The notes under the pieces are model-generated. The model searched no databases. It was given only the letters and a program-made list of their open reading frames with translations, and was not told where the DNA came from. Below, one piece after another: positions 8,710-18,457 of a stretch of DNA of 64,000 nt; the first letter of the stretch is position 1, and each line of letters starts with the position of its first letter. The position numbers and the translations under genes were made by a program. The stretch comes from a virus. Its lineage: Duplodnaviria; Caudoviricetes. The stretch spans positions 33,284-97,283 of IMG/VR virus record IMGVR_UViG_3300035208_007155; one strand, 5' to 3'.

Positions 8710-9168
8710 ATGCAATTTAAGGAATGGCTAGCTCGAAAAACTTATTATCATGGTAGTTTTGACAAACTGCCAAATGGCACTATTTTAAGGCCCAACCCCA
8801 ATTACGTTCAGCACTGGGGCAAAAATTCATTTTATCAAATTTTAGAAAAACACCGCCCACCCAATATGATTTCTCACAAAAACGCTGTGTTTATGTGCGA
8901 CAATTCAGATGATGTAGGGTTGGCAGGCGGTGCAGAACGTTTTATTTATGCTGTTCAGCCCCTTGGACCTGTTCAAAAACATGATCTCAATTGGTCGAGC
9001 GAAATCAGCATGCTAACAGATATGTTGGCAAATGGAGAAGAAACTGATAAGGATTCTTTAAAAAGAGCAGCCGCCCATTATTGGCGTGGTGATCCACACC
9101 CCAACGAATCCGTCTGGGAATATCTCACAACCTACGCTGTTATTGTTGATTTAGTTGAAGAAGAATGA
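8710..9168 (+). CDS. Arr-like ADP-ribosyltransferase with capsid-targeting-like leader
   Basis: MQFKEWL leader; YYHGS..L..G..L.P, VFM, IYAVQPLGPV, WEYL resemble the rifampin ART fold. Confidence 0.65.
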   Translation: MQFKEWLARKTYYHGSFDKLPNGTILRPNPNYVQHWGKNSFYQILEKHRPPNMISHKNAVFMCDNSDDVGLAGGAERFIYAVQPLGPVQKHDLNWSSEISMLTDMLANGEETDKDSLKRAAAHYWRGDPHPNESVWEYLTTYAVIVDLVEEE

Positions 9169-9174
9169 TATAAT

Positions 9175-10209
9175 GTGCGTATGAAAATCTCTGCCGATAA
9201 GTTTATTGATTGGGCCGAAAGTCGCTTTGATTCTGTGCTGGTGCATGGAAATGAAGTCAAGTTAAATTCTATTTTCACGGATGACACCCACCACAAGCTT
9301 TGGTGCAACACCAACGGTGGCAAAAAAGGGCAACCGCCCTGCTTCCAATGCTGGAAAACCGGCAACAAAGGGTCGTTAATAAGTCTGGTTTGCTTAGTGG
9401 ACAATTGTGACTATGAAACTGCTCTTGAAGCTCTGGGTGGCGAAAACATTGTTCTTCTCAACCTTGAGAGAAAACTAAAAGAATTTTTTGATAATAAAAA
9501 CAAAAAACCGGAGGAAGAACAAGAGGAAGAAGTTTCCAACACTCTGGCTCTGCCGCCTTTCAGTAGTTTAATTACAGAATTGCCGGTTTACAACTTCCAT
9601 CGAGTACAAGCAGAGGTTTATTTGTTTGATCGTAGATTGCCAATAGAAGGATTATATGTGACCACAGGGGGTGGGCAATACAGGCAACGTGTGGTAATTC
9701 CTTATTATGACCGCAATGGCATTTTAATTTATTTCAACGCACGATACATTGGTAAATTACCAAACGTCAACAAATATTTAGGACCAGACAAAAAAACAGG
9801 AGTCGGAAAAGAAGATGTAATTTACATGCCTAAATGGCCTTCATTTGGTTCTAAGGTTTATTTAACCGAAGGGGAGTTTGACGCACTCTCTATTTGGCAG
9901 AGTGGCAAGGGAGAATTATATGCTGGGGCTTTTGGTGGCAAAAATCTTTCCGAGAAACAGGTAGAAATGATACGTCATTATTTGCCTGTTTTATGCCTAG
10001 ATACAGACAAGGCTGGCAAAAGTGGTTTAACCAAAATGGCAATGATTTTACGATCCAAGGGGTTGACACCCACATTTGTTCGACCGCCAGCAATCTATAA
10101 AGACTGGAACGCTATGTTGCAAAAAATAGGATCAGAGGCTTTGGTGTTTTACATTCGATCAAAAGAAAAGCCTTTAGATGATGCCGCTTTGATGCGATTA
10201 TTGGCCTAA
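9175..10209 (+). CDS. DNA primase (T4 gp61/DnaG-like)
   Basis: CFQC zinc knuckle, RVVIPYYD, FNAR, KYL, TEGEFDA and LDTD TOPRIM motifs. Start is GTG 9175 or ATG 9181. Confidence 0.88.
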   Translation: MRMKISADKFIDWAESRFDSVLVHGNEVKLNSIFTDDTHHKLWCNTNGGKKGQPPCFQCWKTGNKGSLISLVCLVDNCDYETALEALGGENIVLLNLERKLKEFFDNKNKKPEEEQEEEVSNTLALPPFSSLITELPVYNFHRVQAEVYLFDRRLPIEGLYVTTGGGQYRQRVVIPYYDRNGILIYFNARYIGKLPNVNKYLGPDKKTGVGKEDVIYMPKWPSFGSKVYLTEGEFDALSIWQSGKGELYAGAFGGKNLSEKQVEMIRHYLPVLCLDTDKAGKSGLTKMAMILRSKGLTPTFVRPPAIYKDWNAMLQKIGSEALVFYIRSKEKPLDDAALMRLLA

Positions 10210-10517
10210 CGCAAAGACATAGAAAATGCCGATTGGCCATTTTTTTGACCAAGGAACGTTGGTATTCTGGTGCTACGTTCTTCTCGCTCAAGTTTGTGAA
10301 TTGCTGCCCAGAGAACATCTTTAAATTCTGGGGTAGCTCGCTCAAGTGCTTCGTCTACACTTTTCCACGCACTGTCTGTTTTTGCATTTGCTGCAACGGC
10401 ATACTCCAATTTTCCTTTTGAATCTCTTCGTATTATATAAAATGTTTTTCCGCTTAAAAAAGAGGTTTCCGTCTGTTCGTTTATTAGTTTTTCTAAAAAC
10501 TCAAAGAATGTAAGCAT
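10206..10517 (-). CDS. Hypothetical protein with capsid-targeting-like leader
   Basis: MLTFFEFLEKLINE; CATATATAA upstream. Confidence 0.7.
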   Translation of the reverse strand: MLTFFEFLEKLINEQTETSFLSGKTFYIIRRDSKGKLEYAVAANAKTDSAWKSVDEALERATPEFKDVLWAAIHKLEREERSTRIPTFLGQKNGQSAFSMSLR

Positions 10518-10553
10518 TATGATTTTATATATGAATACAACTCTAATAATTGC

Positions 10554-10985
10554 ATGAAAAACATAGAGTATTTTGTGGGTAAAATCTGTTCTGTTTTTAC
10601 AACACCCCTCAACAGAGATTTCAAATTAGAAGGACCAAACAGCCTTGAGCAATTATTGCACTATTTTTTAGGAACAATCGATTCAGTAGACGATCAGGGA
10701 ATATTATTGTCACAACGCAATGGACGCAAAGCATATGTGTTCAAAAGCCACTTGGTTGCCATTGCTGAAGAAGAGGTGCTTGATCCTGACAATCCAGAAG
10801 ACGCAAAAATTATCAGAGAAATGAAGCCCTTGTCAGGCAAAAAATTGCCGCAGTCTTTGGTGCCAACGGAAATACCCGTGCCCAAAAAAGAAATCACGGA
10901 GATAAAAGTGCCCAGTTTGTTGAATATTGATTCGATGGCTGCTATTGCCGATAACCTTAAAAAGAACTTTGGTCAAAATGTTTGA
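10554..10985 (+). CDS. Hypothetical protein (possible Sm/SH3-like barrel)
   Basis: GTIDSVDDQGILL-type strands. Confidence 0.55.
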   Translation: MKNIEYFVGKICSVFTTPLNRDFKLEGPNSLEQLLHYFLGTIDSVDDQGILLSQRNGRKAYVFKSHLVAIAEEEVLDPDNPEDAKIIREMKPLSGKKLPQSLVPTEIPVPKKEITEIKVPSLLNIDSMAAIADNLKKNFGQNV

Positions 10986-11823
10986 GCTTGAAAAACAAAA
11001 AATATATTTGCAGGATTGCCGCAACTTATCCGATCTAGTGCCCAAATCAATAGATTTCATCTTTACAAGTCCACCTTATTGGAATTTAAAAAAGTATGGT
11101 GGTCCCAATTCTATTGGTGAGTCAGAATATGAGCAGTATCTTGATGATATGAATGTGGTGTGGAATGAGTGTTATCGTGTATCCAAGCCCACGGCAGTAT
11201 TAGTAATCAATGCAAACATTCGTCGTCATGAACGTAAATTATATCCTATTCCATTTGACATAGTTGCAAGAATGAAAGGGTGGACATTATGGGATGTGAA
11301 TATATGGTTCGTTCCAAATGCTCGCACACAATGCAAGACTTATATGGAAAGGCTACTAGACAATAAGTTTGAACACATTCTTGTTTTCACCAAAGATAAT
11401 AATCAAGATTATCATTTTTCCAAACCAAGAATTGCACAAAAGGAATATCGCATTCGCAAACGATTTGGAAAAGAATACATAGAATATGATCGTAGGGAAA
11501 ACAAAAAAAACAAGAATGGGAGATGTGTTGGAAATGTTATCCGCATACCTGCTTATCGTCCACCTCCCATCAAGCAAATGAATTATCATGTCGCTGCTTT
11601 CCCAGAAGACTTAGCTGCTTTCTACATACAGCTTTATACAAAGGAAAACGATGTGGTTTTGGACCCATTTGTGGGCTCAGGTACGGTATTAAAGGTGTGT
11701 AGGACAATGAATCGCAATGGTGTTGGGTATGAAATCAACACCAATTACGAAGATTTGATAAGAAATAGGATTATGGAAAAATTTACTGTTCCTAATTGGG
11801 AGGAATTGAATATTTTAACATAA
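10978..11823 (+). CDS. Orphan N4-C/N6-A DNA methyltransferase (beta class)
   Basis: TSPPY precedes HVAAFP and LDPFVGSG; likely start MFELEKQK at 10978. Confidence 0.92.
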   Translation: MFELEKQKIYLQDCRNLSDLVPKSIDFIFTSPPYWNLKKYGGPNSIGESEYEQYLDDMNVVWNECYRVSKPTAVLVINANIRRHERKLYPIPFDIVARMKGWTLWDVNIWFVPNARTQCKTYMERLLDNKFEHILVFTKDNNQDYHFSKPRIAQKEYRIRKRFGKEYIEYDRRENKKNKNGRCVGNVIRIPAYRPPPIKQMNYHVAAFPEDLAAFYIQLYTKENDVVLDPFVGSGTVLKVCRTMNRNGVGYEINTNYEDLIRNRIMEKFTVPNWEELNILT

Positions 11824-11831
11824 ATAGACAT

Positions 11832-14800
11832 ATGGACAATAAAATGAAATTTTCACAATGGGCGAACCTTTCTCCCCACAAAAACCTGAAATTCCACAAA
11901 TTCTGTCAATTTAAGGAATTAGACGAAGACACTTTAACAGAGATGGCACGCCTCAGGATTACCCAGGGGATAGAACGCCCAGAATTTAGGAAAGTTCCAT
12001 ATCTTCTTGATGGATTTGTGATTTTCTGTTTATCACAACTACCGCAGTCGCTATGGTCTGAGGCGTTGACTTATTTACATGATTGGGGAATATACAAGGT
12101 TCAGCAAGAAATGAAAAATGCTGGTATTCAGCCTCTTATGCGTGGAGAAACGTCCTATCTTGGTATCACAGGTGGAACACCAGAAGAAAAAGCAAAATAT
12201 GATGAAGTACGCACTTATTTGCTGAGGAAAAAACCATATGATTTCATTACATTATCAGGACACACATTTCTTGTTGTTAGTCCAAATAATTATCATCCTA
12301 TTGCCTATATGTATATGAAAATAGACAATAGTGCCAACGATGAGGTGTTACAACACCAAGAAAGTCTCAGCAAAACAGACAGAATGGAATATGAGAAGGC
12401 AGGACATGGGCTGCATAGTGGGTTTTTAAATTCCTTCGATCCCCCCGAAAATAAAGATGGCACATACATACACCACGTATGGACAGGTTATAGAGGTTTA
12501 AATCAAGGGTCGGCTTCCAAGTGGTTGTCTCGATATTATGATAATTTGCATTGGTATCATATGGCATCTAATCAAGATATAGACGATCCAAACAAAGTAC
12601 AAAAGAGAAGAGATCAATACGAAGCCATCAAAAAAGACCCGTTATTACTTCATCCGAGAATAAAACAATCGGGGGCCACGCCCAGAAGAGAATCAGCATT
12701 GCCCATTCTTTCTGGAGGTATGTTGCAAAAAGATGTGGGAAAACTGAATGCTTATAGGAATGCCGTTGTCAATAATTCGATGAGTCAAAAGATGCGTGAA
12801 AAATGGCAAATAGTAACCTCCCCAGAGGGACGTACCAACATAGAAATAGGTATAGCTGCGGGCCATAATCATGTGTTTAACACCTTTGAAATTCCGTTGC
12901 AAAAAGCCGCTCAAATTAAACAACTTTTGCAAAACCCAGAACTTACAACGCTTGCTACGAACGCAGGTAGTTATTCAACTTCAGAATATATTGCAGAAAA
13001 AGTTGGAATCGAAGGAAAGAAAGTTGGCAATTTCACCTATACTCCAAAACAAATTATTGATGCGATTGCAGCCGATACCAAAAAGTTCGATGCTTGCGTA
13101 TATCCATATTGGGATTCAGCAGGCAAATTACACAGCAATTCCACAGAAGGGCAGCATCCATATGTTCAAACCAAAATTAAGGTGGCTCCCGAAAAGTTTA
13201 TTCCAAAAGAATCCTACATGCAGCAGCACACACACCAATTGTTAGCTACAGTAGCAGAAGAGATGATAGATTCTTATAAAAAAGCTATAGACGGCAATGA
13301 AAATGAAGCTTCGGAAACAAGAGTTAACCGACAGAAGTTTTTAATGCTTTTCAGAAACGCAGATATTAAGCCAGAAGCATCAGAAAACGGAGAGTACAGT
13401 CAAGATTTTCCAGCAGCCATCAGAAACTATGCCCAACAACTAAGAAATGCTGAGCCTAGAATTATGTGGCCAAAAGAATATGTCACACAAGAGCTTACAA
13501 ATGCTGGCTACAATTTGTATGCATATAAAGCTAAAAATAAGGAACTTAAAACAGAAGCACAAGAAGAACCACAAGAACAAGAACCACAAGATATACAACA
13601 ACCTAAACGAATTCAAAACAAGTTAAAGAAAGACCCATCAGAAAAGAGAAAAAATAAAGATTGGACTCCGCTTATTGATGGTATGGAAACAGCTTTGTTG
13701 GCCAAATCATTTAAGTATTGGTTGCAGTATTTAAGGGGACGAAAACAAGGAGAGTTTAACATGTCCGTACCTGCCCCAATGGCAGAACTCCCAAATAGCT
13801 TAAGTCAAGTTACTGAATTATTACAAGAGTTTATTGATTTTAACAACAAAAAATCAAATCATATTATACAGAACACTAAAACCGCCAATGAATTTGATTA
13901 TTCTTTAAACTTTATACATGACAAAGGAGAGGAGTATGTGTCCTCTGGATGGGATACGCAACGTGGCGATCCTCTCACTATTTATGGTGATGATGAGGAC
14001 TATGCCGATCTTCTCAAAGTTTGCGATGAAACTTGGGTTATTCTCAAAGCTATGGCAGCCGTTAAAGGCTTTTTAATAGGAAGTTTACGAGACCAAAAGC
14101 TACAAGAGGAAGGACAAAATTCACAAAGCAAACTAACATCTATGCTACATCCTGACAACAGAAACATTCTTATAGCATTAGATGATGAGGTGGCAAGCGA
14201 AGCATTGTCTGAATTCAAACATACAAAAATAGGAATAAAGCCAGTGTTTAATTACCTGAGACTGAGAAGGAAGCTCATAAAAGAGGGAGGAAAAATCGAT
14301 CAAGCAACCGGCGATTTAGAGAATGTTAGAAGAAAAAATCCGCTTGTTCAACATTTTGAAAAAGCCCAAACAGAATTTTTAACAGTATTACACGATAATG
14401 TTCAAAATTATGTAAAACGATTGTGGCAATTGGATTTAGGATACGGCTCCAGAAGAACAGTGGGAAGAGGCCCAAAAACACAGCAAGGTGGCGAAATGTT
14501 TGATATAGGTGGGGGCAAAAAAGTAAGTGGCAAATCTAGTGAGCAAGAACAATTGGAATCTAGATATGGGGCGGCAGTAGCGTTTTTAATGGAGCCGAAA
14601 AAAGACCGATCTTTGCCGGAAAGAGGGAAAGAAATCGAAGGTCAAATATTTAGTACAAGTCTGCGACGACAAAAGGCAGAATCTGATGAACATATTAGAA
14701 AAGTACAAAATGGATTGTTGCAAATAGAAAAAGCAACAGGGGTGAGAGTTGATCGCAAAACGCCTGGATTTATAGATGAGGTTATGAGACTTGTTCAAGC

Positions 14801-15593
14801 TATGCATACTTCAAGGCAAAAATCACTCAGCTACGTTGTTGAGGTTGCCGAACGTGAAAAATATCATGCGTTACAAAACTCGCCAAAATTCAAAAGTATG
14901 TCCCCCGATCAGGTTGAGGAGGAAGTTAAGGCATATGGACGACTCAAAGCCAAAATGTTTATGGATCAATTAGATCAAATACATACTCTTTGCCCAACTA
15001 TCGATATAGTAGCACAAAAAATGGGAGATAGATGGAGGGTATTAAACAGAGCCTCAAGACAAATTTTGGCAAATATGCAATATACAATTGAGAAAAATTT
15101 CTTTGATGGACAAGGAAATCTCAAACCAATGGCAGAAAAGGGTTTTAAAGCATATTTGAAAACCTTATCTGAAGTTTCAAATTATGCACTAACAGGTAAT
15201 ACTCCATCCTATAATCCAAAGTATACCGAAATAACTGATGCCATCGATGAAATCACAGAAGAAATTGAAAAAGCTCAAAAGGCAAAGAATGTCTCAGAAG
15301 ATCAAAAAGTGCCATTTAGATTGGGCTTGCGTAGATTTACTGCCCTTTTCTATAGTGTTCTTAGACAACATACCACGACTATTGCCGATTCCAGAAAAGA
15401 CACCATAGAAACAGATTTAAAATCTCTTGCTGATGATAGGGTTTTATCTGTGGATAAAGGCTGGTTAGGCACTGCCGAAAAGGTATTGGAAACTAAAAAT
15501 CATTATGACCAGCCTATTCCTGCTGATTTATTTGCAAAATACGCAGCAAACATACAGAGGGCTGTAAGTATTGCTAAACAACGAGTTGCTTAG
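11832..15593 (+). CDS. About 1250-aa hypothetical protein, putative internal head/ejection protein
   Basis: CATAAATA directly upstream; MKFSQW...KFHKFCQFKE leader and an LTE-MA possible protease site. Confidence 0.7.
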   Translation: MDNKMKFSQWANLSPHKNLKFHKFCQFKELDEDTLTEMARLRITQGIERPEFRKVPYLLDGFVIFCLSQLPQSLWSEALTYLHDWGIYKVQQEMKNAGIQPLMRGETSYLGITGGTPEEKAKYDEVRTYLLRKKPYDFITLSGHTFLVVSPNNYHPIAYMYMKIDNSANDEVLQHQESLSKTDRMEYEKAGHGLHSGFLNSFDPPENKDGTYIHHVWTGYRGLNQGSASKWLSRYYDNLHWYHMASNQDIDDPNKVQKRRDQYEAIKKDPLLLHPRIKQSGATPRRESALPILSGGMLQKDVGKLNAYRNAVVNNSMSQKMREKWQIVTSPEGRTNIEIGIAAGHNHVFNTFEIPLQKAAQIKQLLQNPELTTLATNAGSYSTSEYIAEKVGIEGKKVGNFTYTPKQIIDAIAADTKKFDACVYPYWDSAGKLHSNSTEGQHPYVQTKIKVAPEKFIPKESYMQQHTHQLLATVAEEMIDSYKKAIDGNENEASETRVNRQKFLMLFRNADIKPEASENGEYSQDFPAAIRNYAQQLRNAEPRIMWPKEYVTQELTNAGYNLYAYKAKNKELKTEAQEEPQEQEPQDIQQPKRIQNKLKKDPSEKRKNKDWTPLIDGMETALLAKSFKYWLQYLRGRKQGEFNMSVPAPMAELPNSLSQVTELLQEFIDFNNKKSNHIIQNTKTANEFDYSLNFIHDKGEEYVSSGWDTQRGDPLTIYGDDEDYADLLKVCDETWVILKAMAAVKGFLIGSLRDQKLQEEGQNSQSKLTSMLHPDNRNILIALDDEVASEALSEFKHTKIGIKPVFNYLRLRRKLIKEGGKIDQATGDLENVRRKNPLVQHFEKAQTEFLTVLHDNVQNYVKRLWQLDLGYGSRRTVGRGPKTQQGGEMFDIGGGKKVSGKSSEQEQLESRYGAAVAFLMEPKKDRSLPERGKEIEGQIFSTSLRRQKAESDEHIRKVQNGLLQIEKATGVRVDRKTPGFIDEVMRLVQAMHTSRQKSLSYVVEVAEREKYHALQNSPKFKSMSPDQVEEEVKAYGRLKAKMFMDQLDQIHTLCPTIDIVAQKMGDRWRVLNRASRQILANMQYTIEKNFFDGQGNLKPMAEKGFKAYLKTLSEVSNYALTGNTPSYNPKYTEITDAIDEITEEIEKAQKAKNVSEDQKVPFRLGLRRFTALFYSVLRQHTTTIADSRKDTIETDLKSLADDRVLSVDKGWLGTAEKVLETKNHYDQPIPADLFAKYAANIQRAVSIAKQRVA

Positions 15594-16969
15594 TCGGAAT
15601 AACTGCCATCGTCGTCTTCATATGAAAGAGAGGAAGTTGCCGCCTCTGGCTCCCACAGATCAGCATCCTCTGGCTTTGGTGGCGAAAAGCCCCTGGATGG
15701 TTTGTTGTTACCCTGCTCGCTCAGATATAGTGCAGCAGCATTTTCATTATCAAAATGTCTAACAAAATCAGTCCAGGGTCGGCCTTTGACTTCTTTACCA
15801 ATTAAATTGCTAATTTTGGTAACAACTTCTTTGTTGTTAGTGTAATCTGTGTGTCCAAACCACCCTTTGTTAAAGGTTAAAAACAAATTGGTAAGACCTT
15901 CTACTTCATCTGTGAATTTATTTCCAGCTTGGTCTTGCCACTGCTTTAATAAAGCTTCCTGAGCATTTGGAAACTTCTTATAAATACCAGATGGCTTTTT
16001 AGCCCATGAAAACCATGTCCAAGGATCAAATGGTTGCAGGTCTTCCCACCGCAGGTGATCCATCATATCTTCTAAAATATCCTTATGTTTTTCAGTGGGG
16101 TTTTCAATAATGGGCAATACTGCTTTTTTCTTTTTTGTAACTTCGGGCTTATTTTTTACTGAAGGCCAATCCTCAGGCGGAATTACTGGTTCGTCTTTAT
16201 CTGTAGGTGCGACTTCTTTATCTGTAGGTGCGACTTCTTTATCTGTAGGTGCGACTTCCCTATCTGTAGGTGCGACTTCTTTATGCTTGTCTGTTGGCAT
16301 TAAATCACTACCAAAACGATTGAACAGAGGCACTTGTTTGTGAGTTGCCCATTTTGTGGAAGCTTCTAAATCACCTGCTGTAAAGCCTAAATCATGGGCT
16401 TGTTTCAAGAAGCTTAAAACTAATTTAGCCACTTCTTCTTTAGCCTTAGTAAATGCACTAACCACTTCTTGGGTGGCCTCTTCTATTACAAAATAATAAT
16501 CAGCAAGATTGTTTGCTGATTCTTTCAAATCAAGATATTCTTTTAGTGTCAAACGAGGTAGTGGCCCCTCATTTGCATATTTCCAAGCCGGGTCTTCAGG
16601 ATTGGTTCCCCTCCACACTCTAGAAGCCAGTCCTTTTAACCCCTGATATGTCCACGTATCACGCCAACGTGGCACCTTCCTGCCCATAGCGGCTGTAGCG
16701 GCTGTGGGAGACTCTGTGGGAGATTCTGTAGAAGGAGTTGTTGTATGAGGCTCTGGTGTTGCCGAAGCAGCAGGCGGCGTTGTAGACACTGGTGCAGCAG
16801 TAGGTGTTGAAGCAGCAGGAATTGGAGCAGCAGATACTGGTGGTGTCTCTGGCTCCAATTCCCCTAAGCGTTTATACAACCTGTCAAAAATATCATCTAA
16901 TTTTGTTTTATAGTCTTGTTGCAGGGTGTCAAAACTCTTCTGCAACTCGGCTTTTGTAGGCTGTGGCAT
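15590..16969 (-). CDS. Hypothetical low-complexity protein (Pro/Thr/Ala linker, 7-aa repeats)
   Basis: 459 aa; GGAG RBS and CATATATAA upstream; internal LTLKEYLDLKE motif. Confidence 0.75.
   Translation of the reverse strand: MPQPTKAELQKSFDTLQQDYKTKLDDIFDRLYKRLGELEPETPPVSAAPIPAASTPTAAPVSTTPPAASATPEPHTTTPSTESPTESPTAATAAMGRKVPRWRDTWTYQGLKGLASRVWRGTNPEDPAWKYANEGPLPRLTLKEYLDLKESANNLADYYFVIEEATQEVVSAFTKAKEEVAKLVLSFLKQAHDLGFTAGDLEASTKWATHKQVPLFNRFGSDLMPTDKHKEVAPTDREVAPTDKEVAPTDKEVAPTDKDEPVIPPEDWPSVKNKPEVTKKKKAVLPIIENPTEKHKDILEDMMDHLRWEDLQPFDPWTWFSWAKKPSGIYKKFPNAQEALLKQWQDQAGNKFTDEVEGLTNLFLTFNKGWFGHTDYTNNKEVVTKISNLIGKEVKGRPWTDFVRHFDNENAAALYLSEQGNNKPSRGFSPPKPEDADLWEPEAATSSLSYEDDDGSYSD
16196..16279. 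repeat. 4 x 21-bp tandem repeat (KEVAPTD)
   Basis: Unit TTTATCTGTAGGTGCGACTTC; the fourth copy has 2 changes. Confidence 0.95.
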
Positions 16970-17004
16970 AATATCTCCGTTTTATTTTATATATGTTGGA
17001 GATT

Positions 17005-17265
17005 CTACTCTTCTCTCGGCAAAAAATTGTGTATTTTCTTCAAAGACATCAAACAGGCATCAAAACGATGAAAATCACTGTTTAAATACGCCATTTGATC
17101 GTCTTCAAAGTTTCTCTCATCCTCAAGAGGCACCTGAAACACAAATGTAGATTTATCCCTTTTGCCGATTACTTTGTAACCAAGCATCAAAAGATAGGCC
17201 CCTGCTCCCAGGTCTTCGATTTCTTTTCGTACAGTTTCTTCAATCGATACTTCTTTTCGTTCCAT
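17005..17265 (-). CDS. Small hypothetical protein (DUF5659-like)
   Basis: DLGAGAYLLMLGYKV...FVF pattern, from recall only. Confidence 0.5.
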   Translation of the reverse strand: MERKEVSIEETVRKEIEDLGAGAYLLMLGYKVIGKRDKSTFVFQVPLEDERNFEDDQMAYLNSDFHRFDACLMSLKKIHNFLPREE

Positions 17266-17900
17266 TATTCTTCCTTTTTATTAAGTGTTTCATCTACTAA
17301 TTTTTGATGTTGTTCCAAATATTCTTTTATTGGGCTTTGGTGTCTGTCTGCCCATCCGAATATCTCATTAATTAGTTTTGTGTGCTGAGCCAAATAATAT
17401 GTTATTGGCTCTTTCGCTTTCGATTCTTCCTGCTTCTCTTTTTCATAAAGATCAGCATGTGCATATAGTTTGAAATATGCAGAGCTTTTCAACACCATTT
17501 CATCATGATCGTTTTTAACAAGATACAGTATCGTATGATTAGCAACGAATGTTGGCATTACTATACGATCATTATCTTCTGTTTCTTTTATGGCGACACT
17601 TCTGCCGCTCGCAAGAGTAGCATATTCGACCTCAACCTTCGGCTCAGTAACAGTGGTTTCACTCATGACTTCACTATAAACTGGATATTCCTTACCAACT
17701 GTAAATCCTTCCGTTTGTTTATCAGTTGTCATGAATGGGGGATCAAAAGTTTCATATTTAATAGGTTTTTGTTCTGTTGCCATAAGCACTGGGACGAAGA
17801 CTCGTGTTGTTTGCTTAAGCCATTCATCAAAGCACTCTCGTCGTTCTAGGGTTTTATCCCACGCAAAAATGGGATTTTGTTCTTGTCTTGGATTATCCAT
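17265..17900 (-). CDS. Hypothetical protein, paralog A
   Basis: Shares MDxPRQ, FDPPF, FTVGKEYP and NDxxEMV with the neighbour. Confidence 0.75.
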   Translation of the reverse strand: MDNPRQEQNPIFAWDKTLERRECFDEWLKQTTRVFVPVLMATEQKPIKYETFDPPFMTTDKQTEGFTVGKEYPVYSEVMSETTVTEPKVEVEYATLASGRSVAIKETEDNDRIVMPTFVANHTILYLVKNDHDEMVLKSSAYFKLYAHADLYEKEKQEESKAKEPITYYLAQHTKLINEIFGWADRHQSPIKEYLEQHQKLVDETLNKKEE

Positions 17901-18444
17901 TTGTGTGATCCCTTCTTAGTAATTCTCGTACTCGGCGTTGCAATATGGACGAAAGTCCTTTTAGCTCACCTAATTCTTTATCTAGTTCCTTTAATTGCTT
18001 GGTTAAATTTAGCGTTTCAGGTAAACCAGACAAAACTCTCCAAACTGGCAACATTGCCATATACTCTTCAAATGGCATATGATTTGTGAGTTTTTTGTAT
18101 TCTTCACGCAAATTAAATGTCGCAACTGGCAAATCTTTTTCCATCATGTGTTCGTATCGATTCCATATATTTCCTTTTAAATAGAAATATATTGAGTCAA
18201 TGCAAACCATCTCGCCATCATCATTAATGGTGCGGTATTGAATACCTTTAAAAGCACGATTTTTTGTTGTGCCCATGTAATATAAACTAGAAATAAGTTT
18301 TTCTTCATAAATGGGATATTCTTTACCAACCGTGAACATTGCTGTTTCTAACGCTTCTTGTTCCGTGATTGCAAAAGGCGGATCAAAAACCTCATGTTTC
18401 AGGGGTTTTTCTGATTCTGTCTTATCTTGTCTCGGATCATCCAT
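17893..18444 (-). CDS. Hypothetical protein, paralog B
   Basis: Likely start MDDPRQ at 18444. Confidence 0.75.
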   Translation of the reverse strand: MDDPRQDKTESEKPLKHEVFDPPFAITEQEALETAMFTVGKEYPIYEEKLISSLYYMGTTKNRAFKGIQYRTINDDGEMVCIDSIYFYLKGNIWNRYEHMMEKDLPVATFNLREEYKKLTNHMPFEEYMAMLPVWRVLSGLPETLNLTKQLKELDKELGELKGLSSILQRRVRELLRRDHTNG

Positions 18445-18457
18445 TGTATACCTTTCA

